Source: Camelus dromedarius
Lineage: Eukaryota
DNA: 64,000 bases
Reading direction: 5' to 3'
Assembly (NCBI RefSeq): GCF_036321535.1
Contig: NC_087436.1
Location: forward strand, 5,146,001 to 5,210,000
The first letter of the stretch is position 1. Each line of letters opens with the position of its first letter. The translations under genes and the position numbers were made by a program. Below the pieces are notes generated by a model. It did not search any database, was not told the DNA's origin, and was given only the letters and a program-made list of their open reading frames with translations. Below are positions 13,209 to 26,434 of the stretch, piece by piece.

Positions 13209-13230
13209 TAACTTACCTTAAGGTAAGTTA
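13209..13230. repeat. Perfect 22-bp palindrome
   Basis: taacttaccttaaggtaagtta equals its own reverse complement. Confidence 0.95.
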
Positions 13231-13289
13231 AACTGCTTTAAGTCACTCATCAGTTCAAGCCTGAAACAAAAGTTTCCTACCTGAGTTAG

Positions 13290-13560
13290 TGCCTGGAGAA
13301 CCCAAAGTGACATCTGCAGAGCTGGACCAGACCTCTGTGGAGGGTGCTGACCACTGGGCTGGCAGGATGGTCACTGGAGCACTGGGTACCACTGTCATCC
13401 TTGCTCAACCTGTGGATGAATCCAGTAAGCCCATCAGAGTAGAGGAATAGATGTGCCAAACCCAGCTGAAATTTCTGATCATAGATTAGTGGGTAAATAA
13501 ATTCTTAGTATATCAGCTCCCGAGAGTCGAGATGGTTTGATATACCCCATGATCACGCAA
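13290..13560 (+). mobile_element. MaLR (MLT1-type) LTR fragment
   Basis: cccagctgaaatttctgatcatagattagtgggtaaataaattc...gatggtttg resembles the MLT1 3' end. Confidence 0.5.
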
Positions 13561-14579
13561 CAGGTGATTGATATGTGGTTTAACATGCACAAAATTATAT
13601 TATTCTCTTTGGGATGTTGAGGGAAAAAGAAATTCTGTAAACTGTTGTTCATTAATAATATCCTCTGTCATATTCTGGTTAAATTAAAGCACACAGACAA
13701 AATCCAAGGACAAATTCCAATAAGAGATGGATGATTAGAGGCTTGTTCACAAGAAAAATAAAATTACCATCTGTACCTAAAATTGATTCAGAAAAACTCT
13801 ATTTTTTTTAAAACTTCAAAGATTATATCAAGATTTTCATTACAATTCCCTGAAAAGTTTCTCAACTGAACAAAAAATTATTAAGAAGCAATAATATACT
13901 CAGGAGTTTCCTTTTTAAAATTTAGGTCAAGTTGTGAAAATATTTTCTAACTCATTTATGCTCTTATTCAGAATTATTCTTTACTCTCAAGACTCTCATA
14001 CTTATATGTCAAAGATACTGATTGAAAGATGTGAATCTTATCAAAAAACAGTAAGACTATATTTTTACCCTGCTCAGTCAGTCTCCAAGAACTTCGGATA
14101 AGTAAAAAAATGACTATTATCTGTCTGAAATCTTTCTCGATCAATTTTTTTTAATTGACTGATGCTAGGAGTGAAAAAAAAAAAAAAGAGTAACCAGCAA
14201 CTTTCCACTCCTAGCTCAAGAGAATTTGAGTTTTCAGCCAATTATTCAAGATGATTGCCAGGAAAAGAAAGGTGTAAAAACGTGTAGGCACCCACCAAGG
14301 TGCTTACCTGTCCAGTGCTCTTGATGCTTAGCCTGAGGTATAATAAAGAAGGATGTCACTAACTCGGGCCACAGTCCACTGAAAGTTCAAAGACTCTAGG
14401 AGCTTCCCCCTTCCTTGTGTCATTGCCTCCTTCCTCTGTAGACTCACCCCATCTTCCTCATCTGCCATCCTTGGCCAGGACTCCCCATCAGCTAGACTGA
14501 GCATCTTCAGATAAGAGGAATTTCACTGAGGTAATAAGTACAGAAGCCATATTGGCATGAGCTGAGGAATAAATGCTGC

Positions 14580-15470
14580 TGGCTCACACTCAGGGAGACA
14601 GATCAATGGAATAAATAGTGCGTCCAGAAATAGGTCCAACAACATCTGGGAAAGTAGCTATGATAATGCTTGCATTTCAGATCAGTGAGTAAAGTGTTTA
14701 ATAAAATTGAGGCAACCGGGTATCTATCTGGAAAAGATTAAAGTTAGACCCACACCTCAAATCTTACCTTTGGTATATCAATGCTTTAAATATAGGAAAA
14801 TGAAATCATAAAAGAGGGGAAAACAGGCAGAAATTAAAAAAAAAACCAATCTCAAAGAGATCTTTCCAACCTTGACACATCAACTGAACTAAAGCCAAAT
14901 AGCTTTTCCACGATGAAAGCATTTGTCAAAAGATAGACGTCAAAGTAAGAAAAAGTATTTGCAACACAAATCACAGACAAAAGGTAAATGTCTCTAATAT
15001 GTAAAAAATTCCTAAAAGCAAAGCAGATTAATTATAATATGCTCCCATTTGTGTACAAAAGGGGAACTTAACAAATGAATTTGTTTATATATAGTGGAAA
15101 TACCTCTGGAAACGTATATGGGGAATTATTAATTATTGGTTGTGTCTGGGCAGGGATGCGGAGGCAGGAGATGGGTGGTCAGGATTCAGAAATGGAAGAG
15201 GGATTCTTCACTCTGTATCTCACTGAGCTTTTCTTTAACTTTTTAAAATGACCCTGCACATCATCATTCTCATCCAAAAGCAAGGCTTCCTTTCTTTCTA
15301 TATATATATTTTTTAATGGAGGTACTGGGGATTGAACCTAGGACCTCACATATGCTAAGCCCTTGCTCTATCACTGAGCTATACCCCCACCTCCCCACTG
15401 AACTTTTAAATTAGGAACTCTATGAGTGTATCATTTATTCAAAAATTAAGTAAAAATTGAGTTAAACTTT
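14580..15470 (+). mobile_element. Ancient L1 (L1ME/L1MC-like) fragments, interrupted by a SINE
   Basis: gacagatcaatggaataaatagtgcgtccagaaatag corresponds to the ORF2 DQWNRIE segment; old-type 3' end cttcactctgtat...tgtatcatttattcaaaaat. Confidence 0.6.
15305..15395 (-). mobile_element. Vic-1-type SINE
   Basis: A/B-box body aatggaggtactggggattgaacctaggacc...cactgagctatacccc. Confidence 0.9.
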
Positions 15471-15499
15471 TAAAATTTATCAAGAAAACCAGCATCCTC

Positions 15500-15860
15500 A
15501 TATTTTCATCAGGGTTGTTGGTACCACATACAGAGAACCCCTCAAAATTTCAAAGTTTAACACATACAAGCTTTAGTTCTCACTCAGGAAAGCCTGATAC
15601 ATGTTGGAGGGATGGCCCTGGTACATCTGGTATCCATGACATCTGGAACATGTGGTCTTCAAAATTGGTCTCAGTGGAAGACAGACATGAAAAGTTCCAC
15701 CAGTTCCAAACCATCCCAGCCCAGAACTGACCCATGTCATTTCTGCAAACAATCCATTGGCCTGAACCAGTCATATGGCCCCAAGTGACTGCAGGAAAGG
15801 CAGTGAGAGGAAATGCTTGCCTGGAGCACCTGGTGGTCGCTAGTGCACTTTCCACTTCTC
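15500..15860 (-). mobile_element. MaLR (MLT1J/K-like) LTR
   Basis: cattggcctgaaccagtcatatggccccaagtgactgcaggaaaggc is a typical reverse MLT1 signature. Confidence 0.6.
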
Positions 15861-15954
15861 TGTAAATTCATTTTTAAATAAAGGACTTATTCATTATGGA
15901 GCCTCATACTTTAGCCTCTGTTTATGTGCTTCTGATTCTACTACACGAAAAAAG

Positions 15955-16775
15955 CATATTAATGAAAAATGGCCAGAGGATCTGAACAAATATTTTTCCA
16001 AAGAAGACATCCAGATGTCCAACAGACACCTGAAAAGATGCTCAGCATCACTAGTCATCAGGGGAACACACGTCAAAACCACAGTGAGTTGTCACCTCAC
16101 ACCTATCAGAATGGCCATCATCAAAGAGTCTGCAAAAAACAAGTCTAGCGAAAAGGGAACCTTCATGCATTGCTGGTGGGAAAGTAAGTTAGTGCAGCCA
16201 CTATGGAAAACAGTAAAGAGGTTCCTTAAAAATGGTTAAAACTAGCATATGATCCAGCTATTCCAATCCTAGGTATTTATCCAAGGAATACAGAAACATT
16301 AGTCCAAAAAGATGCATGCACCCAATGTTCATTATTTGCAATTACCAAGATATGGAAACAACCTTAAGTGTCCACTGGTAGATGACTGGATAAAGAAGAT
16401 GGAATACACAATGGAATAGTATTTAGCCATAAAAAAGAAGGAAAGCTTGCCATTTGCAGCAACATGGATGGATTCCGAGGACATTATGCTAAGTGAAATA
16501 AGTCAGAGAAAGACACTTATATATAGAATCTTAAAAAATGAACAAAGAAACAAAACAAAACCGTCACAGATACAGAGACCAGATTGGTGGTTATCAGAGG
16601 GGAAGAGGATTGGGGGGAGTCAAAAGTGGTGCAGGGGGTCAATTGTCTGGTGATAGGTGGTAACTAGATCCATTTTGATGGTGATTTTATGGTTATACAA
16701 AAACCAAATTACTATGTTGTACACCTAAAACTAATACATGGTTATACACCAGTTTTACCTCAATTAAAAAAGCAC
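15955..16775 (+). mobile_element. LINE-1 3' portion (ORF2 C-terminus plus 3' UTR)
   Basis: Translations [38 protein letters not shown] and [18 protein letters not shown]. Confidence 0.92.
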
Positions 16776-19412
16776 ATTAATACTTCAAATAAAGATTCAC
16801 AGGTGAGACCCTCTAGGGTGATTTAGAATACTCAGGTTGCCCACCTTAAATGCAGAATGATGAACTTTGACTCAGAACAGCAGTATGAGGAAATGTACTA
16901 CTGGTCAACCTAAATTCGGGTGTGCTTTGAAATGTTTGAGCTTGGCCCTTTTCAGCTATATGGGGTACCATTAGACAAGAGTGGTCCACACAGCCATCAA
17001 CCAACAGTGTTTGGTGGGAGATGAGCTCACACAATACATTTCGTCAGCATCCCTCAGCCAAGTGTTCACATGCACAGCCAGGGAAAGCTGCTAAGTGTGT
17101 TCCACCTCCACAAATTACAGAGAAAATCTAATGCAGAGCCAGTGCTCTGTTGTATCAGCTATTTTTATCCTGCAAAGAACTGCTTGTATTCATACTTAAT
17201 TTTCATCTCTTAGTTCTAATCTGAGCCCATTTTGCAAAACTGCTTTTTTTCCCTTTGCAGCAAGAGAGGGGAGGTCTTCTCAAAAGTTGAAAGCAATGGA
17301 AGAGAGGACTGGATGGCCATGACCGGATGGCTTCTGCCTTGTTCTCTGAGTCCCACGGGATGAGCTATAGACGTGATGCAGTAACACAATTCGGTTTCTC
17401 TCCATTTCACACAAGTGTTTATTCACCAGAAAGATGCCTGGATCCGACTCTGAAGAATGCCAGCTGTCCCCCAGAAAGACTGAGGGGACAAGACAGATGG
17501 CTTTGGTAACTGGAATCTCGATTGAGGGATTTCTCCCCGGGGGAAGGGGAGAAAAGAGTTGGGGAAGGGACTAATTGACATTTTAGCAGAGAGACCAAAG
17601 CGGGTGAGGTTCTCTCTTAACGCTTCATTTTAACGAGGCACGAAGGTGACTGCAAGATTTTACCTTTTAAACCGAGGCTGTTTTTATTTACCTTGGGGGA
17701 CAGAGGGGTCGGAGTGGGCTGACACAGGCAGAGGGTTGGGTCATGAGCACACCCTACTGGTTTGATGTGAGTGAAAATAAAACGATGGCAAGAGAAACAA
17801 AGATCGTGTGTGTGCGCACGCGCATGCGTGTGTGTACATTATGCATATGATCGAACACACAGTATTTCATAATTTTAACATTACACTCAAATAGTATTGA
17901 CATGTATAGTAAGTGTTTATTAATGCAGGTTAACATACACACTATATATATTTCATCAGACTCTGATCTTAAGTTTTTGGATGCCTTGATATGCCTTCTT
18001 TCCCTCTTTCTCCATTTTTAAGATGCTGTTACCACTGTCAGCTCTCACTGGTCTTAGGAGACTTTGACTATAGCCCAAGGGGGCTCTTTGAAGTGAGTCG
18101 TCAGACCCTGGATCCGCAGGACCACCTGTTTTGACTCGTTCTCCCTCGGTTTTTGCTGTCATCGAGCAAATTCTTCCAACAGCTGGGTGGTGCCAACACA
18201 CGAAGCCCCCTGAGGAGGACATTTCTGCTCCACATCAGAAAACCAAAATTAATTGCTCAGTTTCATGTGGGATCCTTTTTCTAGTCCACAGATACTCTCA
18301 TCACTTTGGCCGTATTTGAATTGGAAAAGAGCAGTGTTTTTGGCCACGCAAGAGGAACACAAACTTATTTAAATATGAACATAAGGGAGAGATCCATTTT
18401 CCCCATAATTATGTGGCCTGTGTTCCCCTGCAACTAGAAAATACATGAATGGTGTCACGTGATCCTTTCCAACTACTCTCATCCTGAACGCGAGACTTTA
18501 CCTACAAAAGGATGTGAGGGGGGTCACAGTGGTGAATGAAGAGTGTGTCAGGTTAATTTTTTTTCTTTCCTTTTGTTTTTAACCCAGTAATAGTGACCAA
18601 TAAAATGGTTATCTTCATTTTATGATGTTACTATCTCTCAACAGCTACACATCGGAATTTCACTATTTCTGTGTTCTCAGTGTCCAGACAATGAAGGACC
18701 AGGGATAGTTAACTAAATTCCTATTAGCAAATGGGGGCAAAGAAAAGCAAACTTATCATTCTACTTCTGTTCAGTCTAACCTTTTGTTTTAGAAGTCAGA
18801 TGACTGTATGGGTGCCATGGTACAAAAGGAAAGCCTTCCTAACTTTCATCTCTATCAGACATAAAACATAAACTTGTGAAGAATTATTAAAGCCCTTCCA
18901 GTGTAATAAAATAAAACTCAAAAAAGCTGGTGTAGCCACAAAATGTAATTAATATTTGGCAACGTTTGCCTTCCATTTGTTTTTGGCTCAGAACGAACTC
19001 TGACCCAAAGAAATTCCAACCACATTATTCATTTCTACAATGGCAATGTGCCTGAGTTTGAGGCTCTCTCTTTTAAAATTTCGATTCATGCTATGTTTTT
19101 AAAATTGAAATCTGATAGACAATTGTGTAAAACTGGCAAGGCAAATTTGATGAGTCCAGGGCCTGTACCTGTCTTTAGTTACCTCTATGAAAATCCAATA
19201 TGCATTCGGCTACCAGAGAAACCTAACAAAGCAGAGCTTGAATCATATCACTCAAAAGCCTTTTGTGGCTCCCCAATTACCTACAAGTCTGAAGTCTGGT
19301 CCTAACAGGTCAAGTCCTCTGCAGTTGACTTCTCCATCTTTACCTCCTGTTACTCTCTCGGACACTCCTAAGTTCCAACCTAATTGAATTATTTTCTACA
19401 TCTTCAAATTCT

Positions 19413-19916
19413 TGTTTTGACTGAAATAAGATGCCACCTAAAGGTTGACTGTTATGTTTTATTCAGCAGATTTTGTGAGGACTTGCGCCCAGGACACAGC
19501 CTTTCAGATTGCTCTAAGAGACTGCTCCAAAGTGGCAAGGTAGAAGCCAGGATACATGAGTTTTTGTCACAAGGACCAGGTAGTTTGAACATCAAAAGAT
19601 TACTGTTAATTAAAGTAAACCAGATATCTTAAGTTAAGGCAATTAGCACTTTTCTATGTATGGGAAGGTACAAAAGTCTGGGCTCATTCAAATCATTCCT
19701 CTGATGTGCACTTGGCTCTCTAAGGCCAATGTCCTGTTCTTTCCCATCCTGAGCCCCCTCAGGGGGCACCTTTAGGGGTGGCTGCAGAGGCTGGGCTGCC
19801 TGCGTGTCTCCATCCTGAGCTCCCTCCGCTCACCATTGGGGGTGGCAGTAGCAGCTGATGATGTGATGGCCGCAGCATCCTTTGTTTACTGATACGGATG
19901 CAATGTTCTTCATTCA
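19413..19916 (-). mobile_element. Solo LTR, probably ERV1 class
   Basis: About 500 bp bounded by TG...CA; AATAAA on the minus strand near 19458 (tttatt); internal ~40-bp imperfect duplication; resembles remembered artiodactyl LTRs. Confidence 0.65.
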
Positions 19917-20009
19917 TACGTCTTAAGCCTTTCTCTGTGTGACTCTGATGTCCTCCCCAAACCGTCACTGACCAATCTGAATCCCATTCAAGCCACATCT
20001 GATAATAGT

Positions 20010-20200
20010 GAAGATGACAATGGTGATCAGAGCAGCTGTGGCACTAGCAAGGGCTCACCGTGGGCCAAACGCTGAACTCAGCACTTTACCCGGGTCATGG
20101 CTTGTCTCTTCCTCTGGGCGACTGCAGGTAGTAGGTTCTGTTGTGAGTGAGAAAATGAGACGTAGTAAGTAACTTGTCCAAGTTCCCACACCTTGCATGT
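20010..20200 (-). mobile_element. MIR SINE
   Basis: gtgagaaaatgagacgtagtaagtaacttgtccaagttcccacac resembles the reverse MIR core. Confidence 0.6.
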
Positions 20201-20549
20201 AGAACGGCAAATATCTTCTTCCTCATGAGAGCTTTCTGATTTCTCAAATGTTATGAACTGACTTTATCCAGACATATCAGGCAGAACTGTGAGGCTGTTT
20301 TTGGTAGACATTGTGGTCACAGGCAGTTTTTACCCAGTGAGTCAGAAGCCCCTCACACTCCCATTCTGGAAACTCAGGAAGTCCCAGCCGCCTGTCAGGA
20401 AAGCCTCATTTGCACCCAAGCAAGATTCCAGAAGCAAGATTGTGTTTTCCTTAATGCAGCAAAAGGCAACCTGAATTTGCCGTGTTACTAGTTGGATACA
20501 AGAAATTTTAATTTTTTAAATTTAGCTAGAATAGCAATTCTTACAATGA

Positions 20550-21896
20550 ATGATCACTAAGGCCCTTTCAGAGAATCTGCAAAGTCAAAACTACTCTGTA
20601 ATGACACTGAGATATTATTTACCTTTCATCAGCATCTCAGCATTTACACTAAGGTGCAAAAGCAGTGGCAGGTAAGACTGTAGGAGCCTTTGCATGGATC
20701 AAGGCAGTGGCACCAAACTGTCCTGGGGAGACTTGTGTTCTTCACAGCCAGTGCCTCCAGGGGGGTAAAAACATTTCATTGAAGAATGGCCTTGAGAAGG
20801 CAATACAATGTATTAATTTTATTACACCTAGACCCTTGAGAACATGTATTTTTAATGTTCTGTGTGCAAAATGGAAACTTTGTATGATGTACGTACAGAG
20901 CAGGATGGCTGATCAAAGGGAAAGCTCTTGGGCGGTTGAGTTGCAGCTGAACAACATGTTTTGATCACGGAACACCACCTTGACTTGAGAGAGAAATTGA
21001 AAGACAAAATACAGCTATCCAATCTTGGGTGTTTGGCACCATCTTCTCAAAAATGAAAGAAGTCAGCCTGTGACTTCAAAGAAAGCAATCAACAAACAAT
21101 CTGTGTTGCCAGAGGAAAAAGATTGGAACTGTCAAGCAAAATTCAGAAGTTTAGAACTTTGTCTTCTTCACCATATTGGCCATTTCCCAATACTTATAAA
21201 TTTTTCCATTAGATGATGGTTATATTAATGACTCCGTGTGTGTGTGTGTGTGTGTGTGCGTGTGTGTAAATGAAGTGTAATAACACTTTGAGGACCTGGA
21301 TAAGTCAGTGCACCAAAGCTTGATGGTACAAATTCAAGCTTGGACAAGTGACCCAGTCAAAGTGCAAGACAGACCAATGGATTTTAATGGAACAGAATGA
21401 AAAATATTCTTGGATATTATTTCAGATTCCCCACTGTAACTAATCTTCAATAAACTACCATTTTTTGTGTTGTGATATAATATCAAAAAAAAAATCCAAA
21501 ATTATCTGTAAAGGATATTATGCTACTTTTTTTTTTCCAGCTACGTAAGTCAGATGAGGTATGAGGTTGAATTTTCTTCATGGGTTTCAACCGAAACAGC
21601 GTATCTCAGCAAACTGAAAGCAGGAACAAGTGGAATCCAGGCTTCTTCTAATAATGCAGACACTAAGGAAATTTTCAAAAATATTAAACAATGCCACTCC
21701 TGCCATTTTTTTGTTTTTAAAAATAAAGTTATTTTTCATAAATGTTTATATTTAACAGAATACATTTATCACTATTTTTAATTAATCAATATTCTCCTTC
21801 CTTACTTTCAATATCATAATATAGGTTCTTACGGGATTTTCAATAAATTGTAACAGTGAACATGGATTCTGAGATCAAAAAGACTGTAAACAGTTG
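20550..21896 (+). mobile_element. hAT-Charlie DNA transposon (Charlie1-like) with decayed transposase
   Basis: ORF 20665-20964 contains LKNGLEKAIQCINFITPRPLRTCIFNVLC, similar to the Charlie transposase motif L..AVKIINFIKSRPL..RLF..LC; terminus ctgagatcaaaaagactgtaaacagttg; (GT)n at ~21236-21266. Confidence 0.82.
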
Positions 21897-23159
21897 AGCT
21901 ACGTCATCATCTATAGGGATAAAGACTATGAGCCTTGCTGGATTTTTCTACACTATTCTCAAAATGGTAACTGTGTCTAGGAAACACAGAAGTTGACCTA
22001 TGTATCTTGACTATCCTGTTTTCACCGATGAAAACCCATTTTAACCCATTTAACATTTACTCACAATGGTAAATAGAAAATTTCTAACTCACAAATTAAA
22101 ACCATTTCTGATATTCACTGTATGATTGGAAAAGCCTCATATGTTAAGTCAGAGACAAGAGCATGTATAGTAACCAGAACACAGGGTTTCTCCTTAAAAT
22201 TTTAACTGACAACACCTAGAGTTTAAATTCCTGATTAGATTTCAAGGTCCAGCAACTGAGTTTTAACTTAATCCAAAGAAGAACCACGTAATACTATGCC
22301 ATCTATGTATTTAAAGTAAAATTATAGACGTCGTAATAACCAACCAGATGCCGCCTCTACTTGAATCTCCCTGGTTATTTTTGTGCCTTTTTCAGAATTC
22401 CTAGTTATGTGTTCTGCCATTTCTGTATCAGAAGCTTTGTGTATTTATTTTACTCCCTGTTCTTTTCAAAAATTCTGACCTATTACCTATTCAACTACTA
22501 CGAATAAATGTAATATATGATGATTGGGTAAAGCAGACCCTCAGAAGCAAGATATATTTAACCATGAGTGCCAACAGGCCACTGGGCAGGAGGAGCCTGC
22601 AATTCCAGAAACACACCAGGAGCAAAAGGAAGGGAACAGTAAGGAGAAATGGCTAGTCCAATGGTAAATGAAACACAGCAGTGAGTACCTAGGAGCAGAC
22701 ACTATTTGGACACAAAAAAGTTTTATTTTTAATAACAAGCATCCAAAAACAGTTAGCAAATACTTTTTAATGCAGCAGAAGAAACTCAGGGTGGGATTCA
22801 AGTCTTGAGGGAGAAAGAAGATGGAAAGTGAATTTTGTAATCTTTGTGAGATTTAACCATTAATTGGTTATAAATTTAAAGACTCAGAAACAGGGGAACA
22901 AGAAAATATTCCAGGCACCCACCTCTCAGAATATATAATTAATAAATATATAATTTTAGTTTTAGTGAAGAGATAGCTTGAGGTAGTCTAGAAATTTCAT
23001 TCTCCCTATTTGAGTCAAACAGTCTGCAAATAAAGTCACAGTGCTATTGAAATAACATGGATAAGTAAATTTGGAAACATGGAGGAAGAGCTTCAAAGCT
23101 ATTATTCTTGAAAGCATTTGAGAGAAAATAATTCAACCCAAGCACAACCTTGGAGGAAA

Positions 23160-23350
23160 CGAAAGGGTGGATTTTAATCCTAGCTTGACCACCTTCTAGA
23201 AATATCATCTTGAAGAAAATATACAACTTCTCAAAATCTCAGTTTCCTCATTCTTAACATTCAGGCTAGTATCTTCCTGATAGGGTAGTTATGAGCATTG
23301 GATATTAAGTACGTAAATAACATAGCACACATAAGTATGTTAATTCATTA
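23160..23350 (+). mobile_element. MIR SINE
   Basis: tctcagtttcctcatt...atagggtagttatgagcattg matches the MIR core. Confidence 0.75.
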
Positions 23351-24185
23351 ATTTTAAGAGAAGGCATCATTGATTTTGGTCACAGCTCTATTTTTAAAGA
23401 CCTACAGTTATCACAATTTCTAAGAAACAAAAATTTTCATGTGCCATGGCAGTCCAAAAGAAAAACAATAACACAAGAGAAAACATAAACATCACTGGAA
23501 GTATATTTTAGATGGAAGGAGAAACAGCCAACTGTAGCACAAAAATAACAGGCTTCTTATTACAAGTATGCTCAGGAGTTTTAGTTGCCAGGCAACAAAG
23601 ACTTCAAAGAGATGGGAAATGTGTAGCAACCAAAATTCAGGGATGTGGATAGATTTCCGAACAGGAATAGAGTTAAAGAAAAAAAGTTATTTAGTCTACA
23701 AAGATGAAGGCTGAAGGAGATGTAATCAAAATAAAGAGTATAGTAAAGATAAATGGGTTTTATTTCCTTGGATTTTCTACATACAAAATTTACCAAATAT
23801 ATTGGTGAATTAAGAGCTAAATATTTTCCAGGACCTCCTGTATTTTAACTTGAAATACTACACATATCTTTGAAGAAATCTGATTTATTTCTCTACAAAG
23901 TAGAGTCCTTTTTTAAAAAGTTTTATTACATCATTTTGACTCTGAAAGTCAAAGAATTTAGACATTTGTTACGAGGTTACTTGTAAAACTGTTACTCCTT
24001 TATTGACTACGATATACTGACAAGAATATTTGATATTGACCTAGCTCCTCTTACCTCCTTTCAAAGTGATTAAGTGTATGGGTTGCAGAAATAAAAATCA
24101 CCTAACCTCTGATTATGACCGCACAGTTCACCTAATCTGAATTGAAGAAAAGAAATTCTTTATGGCAAATTAAAACACTCTATGT

Positions 24186-25523
24186 CAGCCATCTTCAAAT
24201 GGTGGCGTACCTCCACCAAGGCTTGTGTAAAGTCTTTTCAAGTGGTCAGGAGTGAACTTTCAGATGCCATGTTTTTTTCTTTTATCTTTTTTTGTTTTTG
24301 GAGGGGGTAGGTAATTCAGTTTATTTATTTATTTCATTTTTTTTTTTTTAATGGAGGTACCAGGGATTGAACTCAGGACCTCGTGCATGCTAAACATTGC
24401 ACTCCACCACTGAGATATATCTTGCCCCTCGCCCCCCTGCCGCCTTAGTTCCATGTCTTAACTCCCAAGGATACACTGTCTTAAGCTGATCCCCTGAGAA
24501 CACACTCTGACGAGGTTCAAGACCCCCTTTTCCACCCCCTCTCAGGTGGTCCTATGACATCTCACCGTTATCACAGCCCATGATTCCGGGTGTAAAACTT
24601 CCAGGGAAGCCAAACAGAGCGTAACGCTACCAATGCTGGTGTCGAGGAAGGAAATGACTGACGATTGGTGACAGATCTTTTCGCTGAGTCAGATACTTTA
24701 CAATTCTTTGTTCTGAACAAAACTGAAGAAAGACCCAACTGGTGGTGACCTATTATTAAGCTTATTTTTAACGATCTGTGTGACTTGGAATGATAACAGG
24801 GAAGGACTTCAAAAAATTATGCTGAATTTTAATAGTCAGACTTCTGTTCCTACCTGCTGATCTATGTGACAAGTTTTCTGAACAGGTACCTCTAAGCCAA
24901 GAGGAAAGAATAGAATTAGAATTGTGTTTGAACACTGGCTAAATCTAGCAACAAGTAAATTCCAATACACAAATTAAATTCTTAATTCCATCCTTTCAGA
25001 GATCTAATGAGAGAGACGTGCTAGCAAAATTCTTACTTTTATATTTAATTATTATTTTCCAGAATGTTAATATATAATAGTCATTTTTTATCATTGGTGT
25101 ATAATTATAGCTATAATGACAGCTCAATTCAGAAAAAAATCTTTTGTCTGAGATCTGCAAGCACAGGAAGTTTTAAAATATTAGATTTCAATTAAACATA
25201 TATAAGTGTCTTCTTATTGAAAGAAGTGCGAGAGATGATTAATAGAAAATATTGAAACATAAATATATTTCATATGTTCCTAAAAATAGATGACAGCACA
25301 TATCAAGTTGCCATAGTGTTTAAATCCTGTAAGATATATTTCAAAAGATGAAGCCATAGTTTTGATTTCATTGTGAACATTTACAATATGCTGGAAGTTT
25401 TTATTAATTGCAATATTTACATTTATGATGAAAACTTTAAAATGGTCAGCTAAATATCTGAAGCTATCCATAGTTCCACAAAGTCCCTTTAGGAGTAAAA
25501 GAATAAAAATTTGAAACCCAGTG
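24186..25523 (+). mobile_element. Internally deleted hAT-Charlie element, interrupted by a SINE
   Basis: TIR-like ends cagccatcttcaaat and atttgaaacccagtg; degenerate C-terminal dimerisation-domain sequence at ~24840-24920. Confidence 0.55.
24272..24437 (-). mobile_element. Vic-1-type SINE
   Basis: aatggaggtaccagggattgaactcaggacctcgtgcatgctaa...ccactgag body with a T-rich tail; flanked by ccatgt on both sides. Confidence 0.88.
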
Positions 25524-26397
25524 CTCTGGTCTAAATCACAGACCCAAAAGACGCTTAATTGAGATTAATTAATTAATTGCGATTGTGTTAATTCTAAAAC
25601 CTCACAGTGGTCACTACAAACAAGAAAAAGTACTGCGTTTTTTGGGGGGGGCTGTTATATTTTTTCAATTCAGTGACGATGTCTGGTCACTGTTATCTCA
25701 CCACACAAGATTTATGATTTTGAATGATTAACCAACAGTGACCATAATTTGTTTTTATGGACTTTCTCTTTGAAATGTACCTCTGTCTTGATATATCACT
25801 TCAGGTTGATCTTTACGGGAAAAACTGGCACTCAAAGCTGCAGTGCTTTTGACGGGAGCTTTGTGTGATGATTGGATTTCAGAAATCACCAAACCCCCGA
25901 TAATCTTCTACAGAAGAGTTCGAAACACCATTGTCTGTGAACATTTCCTTATCCCTGTAAGGTTTCTTCTTTCCCTTTTTCTCCACTACCATTGAAATTA
26001 CACCCTGATTTTCTTTGAATCAGAAGTTTTAGCAACTTTGAAAGCCCTTCATTTGAAACAGTTCTTCTGACCACAATGCGAAATACCAGGTTGTGGGACC
26101 ACTAAGCCCCAGGCATAATAAAACACATCTCTTCTAAACATTTAAAATCTCGGTGTCTATAAAAGCCACATCAAGTCTTCAATCGATTTTTCCATAGCAT
26201 TAGACTATTTTAGAGCACAGTAAGAAGCATAATATTTTCCCTTTTAAAAGCATGACATTTATTACTTTGTCCAAATTGAGTATCTGAGACCCAGAAGAGC
26301 ACTGCCGATACGGTAGGAAAAAGTCAATTGCTTTTCTGATGGCTTTAACAAAAACTGTAGAAATTCTTTCTATTTAACATCTGTACAACTGAAACAA

Positions 26398-26434
26398 AGT
26401 GTGTGTGTGTGTGTGTGTGTGCGCGTGTGTGTGT
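26398..26434. repeat. (GT)n microsatellite
   Basis: Read directly from the sequence. Confidence 0.95.

Noticed and set aside
17956..18222. 88-aa minus-strand ORF
   Set aside because: No recognised homology and no convincing splice boundaries.
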